Shown piece by piece: positions 1-9,475 of a DNA stretch of 64,000 nucleotides. The DNA is from an uncultured delta proteobacterium. GTDB taxonomy: Bacteria; Desulfobacterota; Desulfobacteria; Desulfobacterales; SG8-13. The stretch covers positions 248,001-312,000 of the forward strand of contig CAWKCK010000003.1 in assembly GCA_963848135.1 (NCBI GenBank), given 5' to 3'. How positions within the stretch are numbered: the stretch's first letter is position 1; every line of letters begins with the position of its first letter. Below the pieces are notes generated by a model. The model ran no database searches, was not told the DNA's origin, and saw nothing but the letters and a program-made list of their open reading frames with translations. Both the position numbers and the translations under genes were made by a program.

Positions 1-603
1 GGCCATATCGACCATCAGGTAGGCACCGACGGCGGATGCAATCTGTCCGAAGCGTTCAAAATCGATTATGCGCGGGTAAGCACTGGCACCGGCCACGATC
101 ATTTTGGGATGGTGCTCCGCGGCCAGGCGTTCCAATTCGTCATAATCGATGGTTCCGGTCGCCTCTTTTACCCCATAGGAAATAAAATTGAAAAGTCTTC
201 CGGAAAAACTGACCGGGCTGCCGTGAGTCAGATGTCCCCCATGGGCCAGGTTCATCCCGAGCACGGTATCCCCCGGTTCGAGGAAAGCAAAATATATGGC
301 CATATTGGCCTGAGAACCCGAGTGAGGTTGGACGTTGGCATAGTCCGCATTAAAAAGCTCTTTGGCCCGCTCGACAGCCAGTTTCTCAGCAATATCAACA
401 AGTTCACAGCCACCATAGAACCGTTTGTCAGGATACCCTTCCGCGTATTTGTTTGTCAGGACACTCCCCTGAACGGCCATCACCGCCGGGCTGGTGAAAT
501 TCTCGGAGGCAATCAGTTCAAGGGTCGTTCTCTGTCGGGCCAGTTCCTCGGCAATCGTTCTGGCCATATCAGGATCAATTTCTGCGATGCACTGCAAATC
601 CAA
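1..603 (-). CDS. glyA: Serine hydroxymethyltransferase (5' part; runs off the window start)
   Basis: Minus-strand translation from TTG at 603 (AAGGA RBS upstream) gives [36 protein letters not shown]...YAEGYP...[12 protein letters not shown]...HGGHLTHGS...YLMVDMA. Not in the ORF track because it is truncated. Confidence 0.95.
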   Translation of the reverse strand, partial: MDLQCIAEIDPDMARTIAEELARQRTTLELIASENFTSPAVMAVQGSVLTNKYAEGYPDKRFYGGCELVDIAEKLAVERAKELFNADYANVQPHSGSQANMAIYFAFLEPGDTVLGMNLAHGGHLTHGSPVSFSGRLFNFISYGVKEATGTIDYDELERLAAEHHPKMIVAGASAYPRIIDFERFGQIASAVGAYLMVDMA

Positions 604-872
604 GTCCGAATTCCTTCGTTAGTCGTTTCGGGGCAAAATCCAATCGAACCGAATTGTTCAGATACGCAAATACGAAAGTCCGGTGAACAATGCGAATAAA
701 ACTGATTAGAGGCCACCGCTCGGAACGGTTATTGCCTCTTTGCAAACGGATATTTCAATAAATCCGGTTTTTTGGGACCCAGACACTTCGCGCCGTAACG
801 GTTACCGAAAGCCTTGTCGAATAATGGTGGCCTGAGGACCCTCGGTTTGGCCCAAAGGGTGAAATTTTCGAA

Positions 873-1346
873 TTAAGTGGCTTTTTGTCCCAATTGGTCG
901 AACATGGTCAATCGTCTCTGATGCCGGTCCCCCTCGAAAGGGGTATTCAACCAGGCCTCGACCGTTTCCAGAGCCATGGTATCTCCGAGTATCCGGCCGC
1001 CCAGTACAAGGATATTGGCGTCATTGTGTTGACGACTCATACGAGCAGCAAACGGCTCTGTACAAAGTGCCGCGCGCACATTCTGGAACTTGTTGGCCAC
1101 CATTGACATGCCGATACCCGTGCCGCAAAGAAGAATACCGCGCGGATACTTTCCCATTGAAACCTGTGAAGCGACCCGGACACCAAACTCGGGATAATCG
1201 ACGGAGGACTCACTGTAGGCACCGACGTCCTCGACAGGATACCCTTTCCCAGCAAGAAAGGCTTTGACCTTTTCCTTTAGCGGGTATGCCGCATGGTCGC
1301 ATCCGATGATAATGGTGTTCAAGGGGTCGTTTTGGTTGTTTTCCAT
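873..1346 (-). CDS. rpiB: Ribose-5-phosphate isomerase B
   Basis: Motifs GCDHAA, DYP, LCGTGIGMS, SRQHNDANIL, GDRHQRR. Start moved to ATG 1346. Confidence 0.93.
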   Translation of the reverse strand: MENNQNDPLNTIIIGCDHAAYPLKEKVKAFLAGKGYPVEDVGAYSESSVDYPEFGVRVASQVSMGKYPRGILLCGTGIGMSMVANKFQNVRAALCTEPFAARMSRQHNDANILVLGGRILGDTMALETVEAWLNTPFEGDRHQRRLTMFDQLGQKAT

Positions 1347-1446
1347 GGTTGATTCCCGTCTTTGTTTCACGTTTTCAAGGTGGGGAAGCTACTAAACGAA
1401 AAGCGCAGAATCGTTATCAATAGCCAATTCACTGCGTATCCGCAAG

Positions 1447-1478
1447 AAAAAAATTGCCTCCCGATCGGGAGGCAATTT
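1447..1478 (-). terminator. Intrinsic terminator downstream of fabF
   Basis: Perfect inverted repeat aaattgcctcccga/tcgggaggcaattt with an adjacent A-run (U-tail on the minus strand). Confidence 0.75.
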
Positions 1479-1544
1479 GGGCGCGCCGTGAAATTTGAAC
1501 GGGTTTACTGAAGGGTGGATAGGAGCGGGTTCCTTTTATTCCAC

Positions 1545-2789
1545 TCAATTGTTTTCATAGGCCTTGAGTAAAAGACAGCCGTTTGTGCCGCCGAAGCCAA
1601 ATGAGTTGGTCATGGCGTATATAATCTTTGCTTTGCGGGCGACATTGGGCACATAATCCAAATCACATTCCGGATCGGGATTCTCATAATTTATTGTCGG
1701 CGGTATGATTCCGTGCTTAATGGTAAGGGCGGTAAAAACAGTTTCGATGCCCCCGGCGCCGCCAAGCAGGTGACCGGTCATCGACTTGGTGGAACTGACC
1801 GGAAGTGACCGGGCCTTTTCCTTGAATACAGTCTTGATGGCACGCGTTTCGTAAAGATCGTTTAACGGTGTCGAGGTGCCGTGCGCATTGATGTAATTTA
1901 CCTGATCGTACGAAATTCCGGCATCGTCAATGGCGGCCTGCATACAACGCGCAGCGCCATTGCCGTCCGGCGGTGGGGCTGATATGTGAAAACCGTCTCC
2001 ACTCATGCCGAAGCCGACAATCTCGGCATAGATTTTTGCTCCTCTTTCCAGGGCATGTTCGAGCGACTCGATGATAAGAATCCCGCTGCCTTCTCCAACT
2101 ACGAAGCCGTCACGGTCGCGTTCAAACGGACGGGATGCCTTTTGGGGGTCGTCGTTGCGGGTGGAAAGCGCTTTCATGGCGCTGAAACCAGCGATGCAGC
2201 TTTGCGTCACAACAGCTTCGACCCCACCGGTGATCATGGCATCGGCGGAACCGTTTTGAATCGCCCTGTAAGAATCACCGACAGCATGCGCACCGGCAGC
2301 GCAGGCCGTTGCCAGGGATGCATTCGGCCCTTTGGCACCGAAATAAATCGAGATCATCCCAGGTGCCATGTTCCCGATCAGCATGGGAATAAAAAAAGGT
2401 GAAACGCGCTTGGGCCCGCGAGTCATTACCGAAACAATGGTCCGCTCCATGATCTGCAGGCCGCCCAAGCCGCAACCGGTTATGACGCCCACGCGGTTTT
2501 CATTGGACTCGTCAATTTTCAGCCCGGAATCTTCCAGGGCCATGCGGCTTGCGGCAATGGAGTAGGCAATGAACTTTTCGGTACGCTTGGCATCTTTGAC
2601 GCTCAACCAGTCTTCAGGTTGGAAATTTTTGACTTCACCACCGATCCTGGTTGGATAGCCGGTCGTATCAAAATGCGTTATTTCAGCAATGCCGGATTTA
2701 CCGGCGCAAAGAGCGTCCCATGTTTCATCAACCCCAATTCCCAGCGGTGTAACCAGCCCGACCCCGGTAACAACCACCCGTTTTTTCAA
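1545..2789 (-). CDS. fabF: 3-oxoacyl-ACP synthase II
   Basis: KRVVVTG start, TACAAG active-site Cys, NAHGTST, GHLLG, NSFGFGG. TTG start at 2789 follows AAGGAGG. Confidence 0.96.
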   Translation of the reverse strand: MKKRVVVTGVGLVTPLGIGVDETWDALCAGKSGIAEITHFDTTGYPTRIGGEVKNFQPEDWLSVKDAKRTEKFIAYSIAASRMALEDSGLKIDESNENRVGVITGCGLGGLQIMERTIVSVMTRGPKRVSPFFIPMLIGNMAPGMISIYFGAKGPNASLATACAAGAHAVGDSYRAIQNGSADAMITGGVEAVVTQSCIAGFSAMKALSTRNDDPQKASRPFERDRDGFVVGEGSGILIIESLEHALERGAKIYAEIVGFGMSGDGFHISAPPPDGNGAARCMQAAIDDAGISYDQVNYINAHGTSTPLNDLYETRAIKTVFKEKARSLPVSSTKSMTGHLLGGAGGIETVFTALTIKHGIIPPTINYENPDPECDLDYVPNVARKAKIIYAMTNSFGFGGTNGCLLLKAYENN

Positions 2790-2811
2790 GAGAGCCTCCT
2801 TATTTGTGACC

Positions 2812-3042
2812 TCAGGACTGGGCCTTGACAAAGTTGATGGCATCCTGAACCGTCTGGATCTTTTCGGCATCGTCATCGGATATATCGGTGTCAAACTCTT
2901 CTTCCATGGACATGATTAGTTCAACCAGATCCAGAGAGTCTGCTCCCAAGTCATCGACAAATGACGCTTCGGGCACAACTTCCGCCATATCCACACCGAG
3001 TTTCTCTGCAATGATTTTCTTGACTTTATCTTCTACTGACAT
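2812..3042 (-). CDS. acpP: Acyl carrier protein
   Basis: DLGADSLD phosphopantetheine motif; 76 aa acidic protein. Confidence 0.97.
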   Translation of the reverse strand: MSVEDKVKKIIAEKLGVDMAEVVPEASFVDDLGADSLDLVELIMSMEEEFDTDISDDDAEKIQTVQDAINFVKAQS

Positions 3043-3057
3043 TCAACTTTCCTCCTT

Positions 3058-3822
3058 TCACATGTACATACCACCGCTGACGTGCAGCACCTGTCCGGTG
3101 ATGTACGCCGCAGCATCAGATACCAGAAACGCAACGGCCGCAGCCACATCATCTGGTTTGCCGGGTCGCCCCAGCGGTATTTGTGACAGCATCGCCTCCT
3201 TGACGTTGTCCGGCAGTGAGGCGGTCATATCGGTTTCGATGAATCCGGGAGCAATCGCGTTGACGGTGACGCCACGGGGCGCCAGTTCCTTGGCTGCGGT
3301 CTTGGTCAACCCGATCAGTCCGGCTTTAGACGCAACATAATTAGCCTGTCCAGCATTTCCGATTACGCCGACGATCGATGCCATATTGACGATACGGCCG
3401 GATCGCTGTTTCATCATGACTCTGCCGGCCATCTGCAGACAACGGAATACCGCCTTGAGGTTGATGTCAAGGACCATGTCCCAGTCAGGCTCTTTCATTC
3501 GCACCAGCAAAGAATCTTTGGTGATACCGGCATTGTTGATCAGGACATCCAGGCGTCCGGTGTCCTTTATCACATCGTCGAAGAAACCCTTTAATTCATC
3601 GGCCAAGGCCACATTCACACTCACTCCCGTCGCCTGACCACCGGCATCGGCGACGGCTTTTACCGTCTCGGCGGCAGCGGCAGCCTCTCCTTCCGGATCA
3701 ACCGGCGAATAATAATTGAAATAGATCTGCGTGTCCGGTTTCGATAGGGCAACGCAGATCGAACGACCGATCCCCCTCGATCCACCGGTAACAATGACAG
3801 TGCGTTTTTCCATTTCCGGCAT
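3058..3822 (-). CDS. fabG: 3-oxoacyl-ACP reductase
   Basis: TGGSRGIG, NNAGIT, YVASK, NAIAPGFI; directly upstream of acpP. Confidence 0.95.
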   Translation of the reverse strand: MPEMEKRTVIVTGGSRGIGRSICVALSKPDTQIYFNYYSPVDPEGEAAAAAETVKAVADAGGQATGVSVNVALADELKGFFDDVIKDTGRLDVLINNAGITKDSLLVRMKEPDWDMVLDINLKAVFRCLQMAGRVMMKQRSGRIVNMASIVGVIGNAGQANYVASKAGLIGLTKTAAKELAPRGVTVNAIAPGFIETDMTASLPDNVKEAMLSQIPLGRPGKPDDVAAAVAFLVSDAAAYITGQVLHVSGGMYM

Positions 3823-3824
3823 GA

Positions 3825-5492
3825 TTACCTCTCAAATACGATATCGGCGACCCGATCCATTGCAGGAATCAGGTCCCGGTGGCTTTCGGTGAGATCATTC
3901 AAGCGGAAGGACGAAATGAATTCACTGACAGCCTCCGCGTTAAATACGCCGGTTCCCATGAGAATGGTCATGATGTTCTGGTGCACGAGTTTGGCCACAT
4001 CGTTGGTAAATACGCGCGACATATTCTGCAGTTTTTCGGCCGCTGTGTCGGCTGCGCGGGTCGCTGCGGCAGCTTTACGTGCCAGCGCGGCCCCGACCTC
4101 GATATGGGCCATCATGTCCGACAAGCCGAACATAACGTGTTGCACACGATTAAGCCTGTTCTTGTGCACCAACATAATCGTTTCGTTTAGTGCCCTGGCG
4201 GCAATGCCGTATAAACGGCAACCAATATTCCCGCATACCGCCTCAAGAGAGTCCATATCCCGCGCGATAGCGCCATAGAACTCCCCTTTAGTCTTTACGG
4301 TCGTGCGCCAGCGAAAGGTGCTGATAATATTTTGTTGTACTTCGCTGGCCCCCTCGTAAATGCAGGTAATCTTGACATCCCGCTTTATCTTTTCGACTTC
4401 AAATTCACTGGTATAACCATACCCCCCAAGCGCCTGCATGGCATCATCAGCGGCCCTGTTACCAGCTTCGGTGGCAAAATACTTGGCAATAGAGCCTTCA
4501 ACCTGCAAATCGAGTTCACCGGAATCTATCCTTTGGGCGATTTCCTCGATATAGGCTGTCGCGGCTTCGAGCCGGACGGCATGTGGCACAATCAGCTTGT
4601 GTGTATATCCTTGTTTTTCGGATAGTACCGATCCGCTGACAAACCGCTCTTTCGCATAAGGAATGGCGATGTTCAGAGCCGCCTGTCCGCCCGCCAGTCC
4701 CATGGCCGCCACCATCAGTCTGGTATAGCCGAAGACCTGGTTGGCTTGTTTCAACCCCCGGCCAGGCACACCGCCGATCAGGTTTTCTACCGGAACGAAG
4801 ACATCTGTAAAGGACAGCTGGGAGGTTTGAGACGCCCGAATACCATGTTTTTCCTCGCTACGCCCGGCCACAAATCCCTCGGCACCCTTTTCGACGACGA
4901 AAAAAGTCGGGCCTTCCGGGGTTTTGGCCAACAGGGTAATGAAATCAGCAGCACCGCCGGTAGATATAAACTGCTTTGTGCCGTTTACCTTGTAGCCGAT
5001 AAGCTCACCGGAATCGTTGGTAACCGGGTCGGCCTTGGTCTTAATATTGGCAACGTCGCTGCCGGCGTTGGGTTCGGTCACGGCATAAGCCACCAGGGCT
5101 TTACCTTCGGCAATCGCCCCCAACCATTTCTTTTTCTGTTCTTTGGTACCACCGACCATCAGGGGGTCGGCACCGAGTTGAATGGCGAAGAAGGCCGTCG
5201 TGATTCCAAGGCATAATTTGGCCATTTCACGGGTGACAATACAACTATCCAGGGCGCCGCCACCCATCCCGCCGTATTCTTCCGGGATCATCAGCAGCTG
5301 GAGACCGATTTCGGGTCCCAACATCTCTCGGATCGTTTCTTCGGGGAAAATCTCTTTTTTGTCCCATTCGAGGATTTTGTCTTTCGAAAGCAGCCGCTTG
5401 CTCAATTGGGCCACCGTGTCCAGAACCATCTGACGCATTTCTGCGTCAAGGCCGTAAGGTTTCTTATCCGGAGCCGATACGGATTCCGACAT
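3825..5492 (-). CDS. Acyl-CoA dehydrogenase family protein (~555 aa, C-terminal extension)
   Basis: PEEYGG, AVTEPNAGSD, NGTKQFIS, QALGGYGY, IYEGASEVQ. ATG 5492 follows AAAGGA. Confidence 0.92.
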   Translation of the reverse strand: MSESVSAPDKKPYGLDAEMRQMVLDTVAQLSKRLLSKDKILEWDKKEIFPEETIREMLGPEIGLQLLMIPEEYGGMGGGALDSCIVTREMAKLCLGITTAFFAIQLGADPLMVGGTKEQKKKWLGAIAEGKALVAYAVTEPNAGSDVANIKTKADPVTNDSGELIGYKVNGTKQFISTGGAADFITLLAKTPEGPTFFVVEKGAEGFVAGRSEEKHGIRASQTSQLSFTDVFVPVENLIGGVPGRGLKQANQVFGYTRLMVAAMGLAGGQAALNIAIPYAKERFVSGSVLSEKQGYTHKLIVPHAVRLEAATAYIEEIAQRIDSGELDLQVEGSIAKYFATEAGNRAADDAMQALGGYGYTSEFEVEKIKRDVKITCIYEGASEVQQNIISTFRWRTTVKTKGEFYGAIARDMDSLEAVCGNIGCRLYGIAARALNETIMLVHKNRLNRVQHVMFGLSDMMAHIEVGAALARKAAAATRAADTAAEKLQNMSRVFTNDVAKLVHQNIMTILMGTGVFNAEAVSEFISSFRLNDLTESHRDLIPAMDRVADIVFER

Positions 5493-5515
5493 GATGATAT
5501 CCTTTGGGGTAGTAT

Positions 5516-5695
5516 TTATTCTTCTGTTTCGACAACGGTTCGCCCCTTGTAGGAACCACAACTGGGGCAGGCATGATGCGGCAGAGTGGACTCACCGCAT
5601 TCGGGGCAGGTGGACAGATTCGGCGCCTCTGCCTTTTTGTGTGTGCGCCGTTTGTCACGTCTTGACTTAGAAGTTTTCCGTTTTGGCACAGCCAT
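5516..5695 (-). CDS. rpmF: 50S ribosomal protein L32 (zinc-ribbon type)
   Basis: Manual translation [59 protein letters not shown]; 59 aa, below the ORF-track cutoff. Confidence 0.96.
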   Translation of the reverse strand: MAVPKRKTSKSRRDKRRTHKKAEAPNLSTCPECGESTLPHHACPSCGSYKGRTVVETEE

Positions 5696-6131
5696 AAGTA
5701 ATCTCCTAACATATTGTAAATATTGTATATATTACGCACATCGCTTGGCTCGACGAAACAAAATGTGATAAGTAATTCAATTCCAGCGGATTGTCAAGGT
5801 TTTTGTGGCGCTTTATTTTGTTCCCTTGTACTCAGTCTGTCGATATGGTAAGCAGGGCTACTTGGTGGAACCGTGAATACGGCACAACTATTTATAAACA
5901 TTGGTAAATTTATAAAATAACCGGCCATTGTCATAATCCGGTTGAAAGGGTGAAATCGGATAAAGCTTCGTTGGAAAACCATGCTGAATCTGAAGGCTTC
6001 GGATGCGACCGGTTGTCAATGACTCATTTATTATTCGAGCCAAAGTAGCAAAAGTATCTCTTTTTATCAATACAATTCAGCCTCTTATTTTAAAATATAC
6101 AATTAATAAGTGATCTTACCGGAAAGAAGGA

Positions 6132-7556
6132 ATGATGAACCAGACAGCAGACCAGATCGTCACACGCTTTCCACCCAGCCCGACCGGGTTTCTGCATGTT
6201 GGCGGCGCCCGAACGGCTCTTTTCAATTGGCTTTATGCCCGACACACCGGGGGCCGTTTTGTCCTGCGCATTGAAGACACGGATACCAAGCGATCGACCC
6301 AAGCCAGCACGGACGCCATATTCGAGGCCTTGGCGTGGATGGGCATCGAATGGGATGACGGCCCCTATTTTCAGTCCGAGCGCTTTGCCCTGTATGAGGA
6401 GTTCATTCAGAGGCTCTTGGATTCAGGTGATGCATACTATTGCACCTGCTCGTCCGAAAGGCTGGAAGCCATGCGTCAGCAAGCCATGGCCACCGGCGGC
6501 AAACCCAAGTACGATGGAACCTGCCGTGAAAAAGCGCTTACCAAAACAGATGACGCGGTGGTTCGGTTCAAAGCCCCGCTGTTCGGCACGACAGTGGTTG
6601 AAGACGTGGTCAAAGGTCATATCGTTTTCCAGAATCCCGAACTGGACGATTTTATCATCGCCCGCAGTGACGGCACGCCAACATATAATTTTGTCGTCGT
6701 GGTGGATGATATCACCATGGGGATCAACACCATTATCCGCGGTGACGATCACGTCATGAACACTCCCAAACAGATTCTGCTTTATCGCGCTCTCGACACC
6801 CCCCTGCCGGTTTTCGCTCATGTGCCAATGGTTTTGGGACCGGATCGGACGCGCTTGAGCAAGCGGCATGGGGCCATGTCGGTTACCGAATACCGTGACA
6901 TGGGATTTTTACCGGATGCATTTATAAACTATCTCGCACGCTTGGGGTGGTCATGCGGTGACCAGGAATTTTTTACCAGAGCCGAATTAATAAATAAGTT
7001 TACGCTCGAAAATATCGGCCGTTCAGCCGGAATCTTTGATACGGAAAAACTTCTGGCTCTCAATGCCGATCATATCCAAGCCGCAAAACCGGCAGATCTT
7101 GTCGTGCCGCTTAAACCTTTTTTCAAGAGCCATGGTGTCGATATTCAGGAGGGCCCGTTTATTGAAAGCGTCATCCGTACCCTTCAGCCCCGCAGCAAGA
7201 CACTCAAGGATATGGCTCATGATGCCTTATTCTACATTCAGGACAACGTTGTTTACGATGATGCCGCAGCCAGAAAATTCCTGAAACCGGCGGCGCTCGA
7301 ACCGTTGAATTGTTTAATCGCCGAACTGGAAAAATTGGAAGACTTTACAGAGCCCGCCCTGGAAGGAGCTTTCAAGGCCGTCATGGAAAAAACCGATCTT
7401 AAACTGGGTAAAATCGCCCAACCTGTAAGGGTCGCCCTCACTGGCCGGACTGCCAGTCCCGGCATATTCGAAATTACAGAAATTATCGGAAAAGAACGGG
7501 TGCTCTCACGCCTGCTGGCGGCCGTAAACAGGGTAAAAGAAACCAGTAATCCCTAA
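6132..7556 (+). CDS. gltX: Glutamate--tRNA ligase
   Basis: RFPPSPTGFLHVGG (HIGH-like), LRIEDTD, IRGDDH, LSKRHG (KMSKS-like). Confidence 0.97.
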   Translation: MMNQTADQIVTRFPPSPTGFLHVGGARTALFNWLYARHTGGRFVLRIEDTDTKRSTQASTDAIFEALAWMGIEWDDGPYFQSERFALYEEFIQRLLDSGDAYYCTCSSERLEAMRQQAMATGGKPKYDGTCREKALTKTDDAVVRFKAPLFGTTVVEDVVKGHIVFQNPELDDFIIARSDGTPTYNFVVVVDDITMGINTIIRGDDHVMNTPKQILLYRALDTPLPVFAHVPMVLGPDRTRLSKRHGAMSVTEYRDMGFLPDAFINYLARLGWSCGDQEFFTRAELINKFTLENIGRSAGIFDTEKLLALNADHIQAAKPADLVVPLKPFFKSHGVDIQEGPFIESVIRTLQPRSKTLKDMAHDALFYIQDNVVYDDAAARKFLKPAALEPLNCLIAELEKLEDFTEPALEGAFKAVMEKTDLKLGKIAQPVRVALTGRTASPGIFEITEIIGKERVLSRLLAAVNRVKETSNP

Positions 7557-7580
7557 GCGCAGGCTGTCGGCACATTTGGC

Positions 7581-7609
7581 TTGACTTGAAAATTCATTTT
7601 TTATATTTT
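7581..7609 (+). promoter_or_regulatory. Putative sigma70 promoter for tRNA-Gln
   Basis: TTGACT-17 nt-TATTTT, ending 16 nt before the tRNA. Confidence 0.45.
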
Positions 7610-7625
7610 AAACGGGTTAATCAAC

Positions 7626-7699
7626 TGAGGGATCGTCTAGTGGCAGGACGACGGGTTCTGGCCCCGTTAACCTAGGTTCGAATCCTAGTCCCTCAGCCA
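7626..7699 (+). tRNA. tRNA-Gln (anticodon CTG)
   Basis: Cloverleaf with acceptor stem tgaggga/tccctca, anticodon arm acggg-ttCTGgc-cccgt, T-loop ggttcgaatcc and encoded 3' CCA. Confidence 0.97.
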
Positions 7700-7710
7700 A
7701 CAGCACATAG

Positions 7711-7741
7711 AAGGGCTACGGAAATATCCGTAGCCCTTTTT
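7711..7741 (+). terminator. Intrinsic (probably bidirectional) terminator after tRNA-Gln
   Basis: aagggctacgga-aata-tccgtagccctt followed by a T-run. Confidence 0.85.
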
Positions 7742-7780
7742 GTTATCAATTATATATCTTGGTAGGTCAATTTTCCTTCA

Positions 7781-9166
7781 TCAGATAACTTTCAAGCTAA
7801 TCCCGTACTTGCGGATCCGGTTGAATACCGTCATCCGGTGAACCCCCAGCAGCTGAGCAGCTTGGCTTTGATTGCCTCCGGTTTTGCGAAGAGCTTCGAT
7901 AAGCTGGAATTTTTCCGGAGGATCTTGCAAATCGGGGGCCGGCACATTGGCTGCGCCCTTGTCTCCGCGGCTTCTTTTTATTGATTGAAAATGGGAGGGA
8001 AGATGCTGGACTTCCAGCAAACCGGTGGCACCAATTGCAAAGGAATACTCCAAAGCGCTTTTCAATTCGCGAATATTGCCGGGCCAATGGTATTGCATGA
8101 ACAGCTCCATCACTTCCGGGCTTAAACCGGTCAACCTCTTGCCGCTCTTTTTTCGGTATTCATAGATAAACGTGTTTATCAGTAATGGAAGATCTTCCTT
8201 TTTATCGCGCAGTGGTGGTAAATGGATAGGGAAAACATTGATTCTAAAATACAGATCATCCCTAAATGCTCCTTCGGCCACATGCCTGGACAAATTTTTA
8301 TTGGTGGCCGTGATGATCCGAGTATTAGTATAAATAGATTGCTCGCCGCCGACTCGAACGAATTCCTTTGTTTCGAGAACCCGCAGGAGTTTGACCTGAA
8401 TTGACAACGGTAGATCACCAATCTCATCTAGAAACAGATCCCCGCCATGAGCAGTTTCGAATAGGCCTTTGCGGTGTTTATGAGCGCCAGTGAAAGCTCC
8501 CTTTGTGTGGCCGAAAAGTTCGCTCTCTATGAGCGATTCGCTCAAGGCGGCACAGTTGATTTTCACATACGGTCCTTCTTTCCTGGATCCCGTTTCGTGA
8601 ATGGCGCGGGCAACCAGTTCCTTTCCCGTACCGCTTTCACCCGATATGAGAATGGTTGCTTCGCTTTGCGATGCCTTTTCAACCACCTGAAAGACATCCT
8701 GCATAACCCGGCTTTGGCCAACCATCCCGTGATATCCGTTATCGCGGTTTAACAATCGCGAAAGTTCCTGGATTTTGAATTCTTTTTCCGTGAGTTTGGA
8801 CATGTCGGTGTAGATCTCCAGAGCACCGATAACGGATCCATTACTGCCCTTCAAAACGGTGGCATTCTTTAACATTGGTAGATAAGATCCGTTGTTACGG
8901 GTAATCATGCAATGTTTTCCTGTGACTTTTTTCTTCTCGAAAAGTCGGCACCACTTATGATTACTTTCCGAACGAAGCTGCTCGCAGGCATCGCAATCCA
9001 GAATTGAACAGGGTTTCCCTAACAATTTAGATTCGGGATATCCCGTCATCCGGCACATGGCGGCATTGACCTTCCGGATGATGCCGTTTGAATCGACAAT
9101 CATTACACCGTCGTTTATCGCATCGAAAATCTCATCATAAAACTGGCGGTAATCTATGCCATTCAT
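7781..9166 (-). CDS. Sigma54-dependent transcriptional activator (PAS-AAA+-Fis HTH)
   Basis: GESGTGKE, GAFTGA, LFLDEIG, WPGNIREL, C-terminal HTH. The N-terminal PAS carries CSILDCDAC...WC. Start placed at ATG 9166. Confidence 0.93.
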   Translation of the reverse strand: MNGIDYRQFYDEIFDAINDGVMIVDSNGIIRKVNAAMCRMTGYPESKLLGKPCSILDCDACEQLRSESNHKWCRLFEKKKVTGKHCMITRNNGSYLPMLKNATVLKGSNGSVIGALEIYTDMSKLTEKEFKIQELSRLLNRDNGYHGMVGQSRVMQDVFQVVEKASQSEATILISGESGTGKELVARAIHETGSRKEGPYVKINCAALSESLIESELFGHTKGAFTGAHKHRKGLFETAHGGDLFLDEIGDLPLSIQVKLLRVLETKEFVRVGGEQSIYTNTRIITATNKNLSRHVAEGAFRDDLYFRINVFPIHLPPLRDKKEDLPLLINTFIYEYRKKSGKRLTGLSPEVMELFMQYHWPGNIRELKSALEYSFAIGATGLLEVQHLPSHFQSIKRSRGDKGAANVPAPDLQDPPEKFQLIEALRKTGGNQSQAAQLLGVHRMTVFNRIRKYGISLKVI

Positions 9167-9373
9167 TTTTTCACACCGAATTATTAAATTCCTGGTTGTC
9201 GGATCTGGCCCGTTTCCCGATTCTGCCAGATGCTGCTTATGCAACTGATTAAGCAGGGCCTCAAGGGGTGTCAAGAAAACCCTTCATTTTTTATATATAC
9301 CAGCAACCATTACGAAAGCATTCTTGTCGGTATCGACCTGAAAATAAAGTAGATTTTCAAATATGCCACTGTG

Positions 9374-9389
9374 TGGCATTCATTTTGCT
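9374..9389 (+). promoter_or_regulatory. Sigma54 -24/-12 promoter for the decaheme cytochrome
   Basis: TGGCATTCATTTTGCT fits TGGCA-N6-TTGCW with exact spacing; divergent from a bEBP gene. Confidence 0.8.
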
Positions 9390-9475
9390 TTAAGACAAGT
9401 CAGTAGCAGTTTTGGAAGTCCAACCGGCTTTCTGTCATATTCGTCCGGTCTACTAAAATATTATGGAGGTACCGA

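Noticed and set aside
109..699. 196-aa plus-strand ORF, and the many similar antisense ORFs over fab, dsr, serA and moeA
   Set aside because: These are shadows of well-supported genes on the opposite strand (here glyA) and have no motifs of their own.
604..872. Possible ZMP/ZTP or glycine riboswitch upstream of glyA
   Set aside because: I could not find the consensus elements; only an aggccacc/ggtggcct inverted repeat resembling the dispersed hairpin elements.
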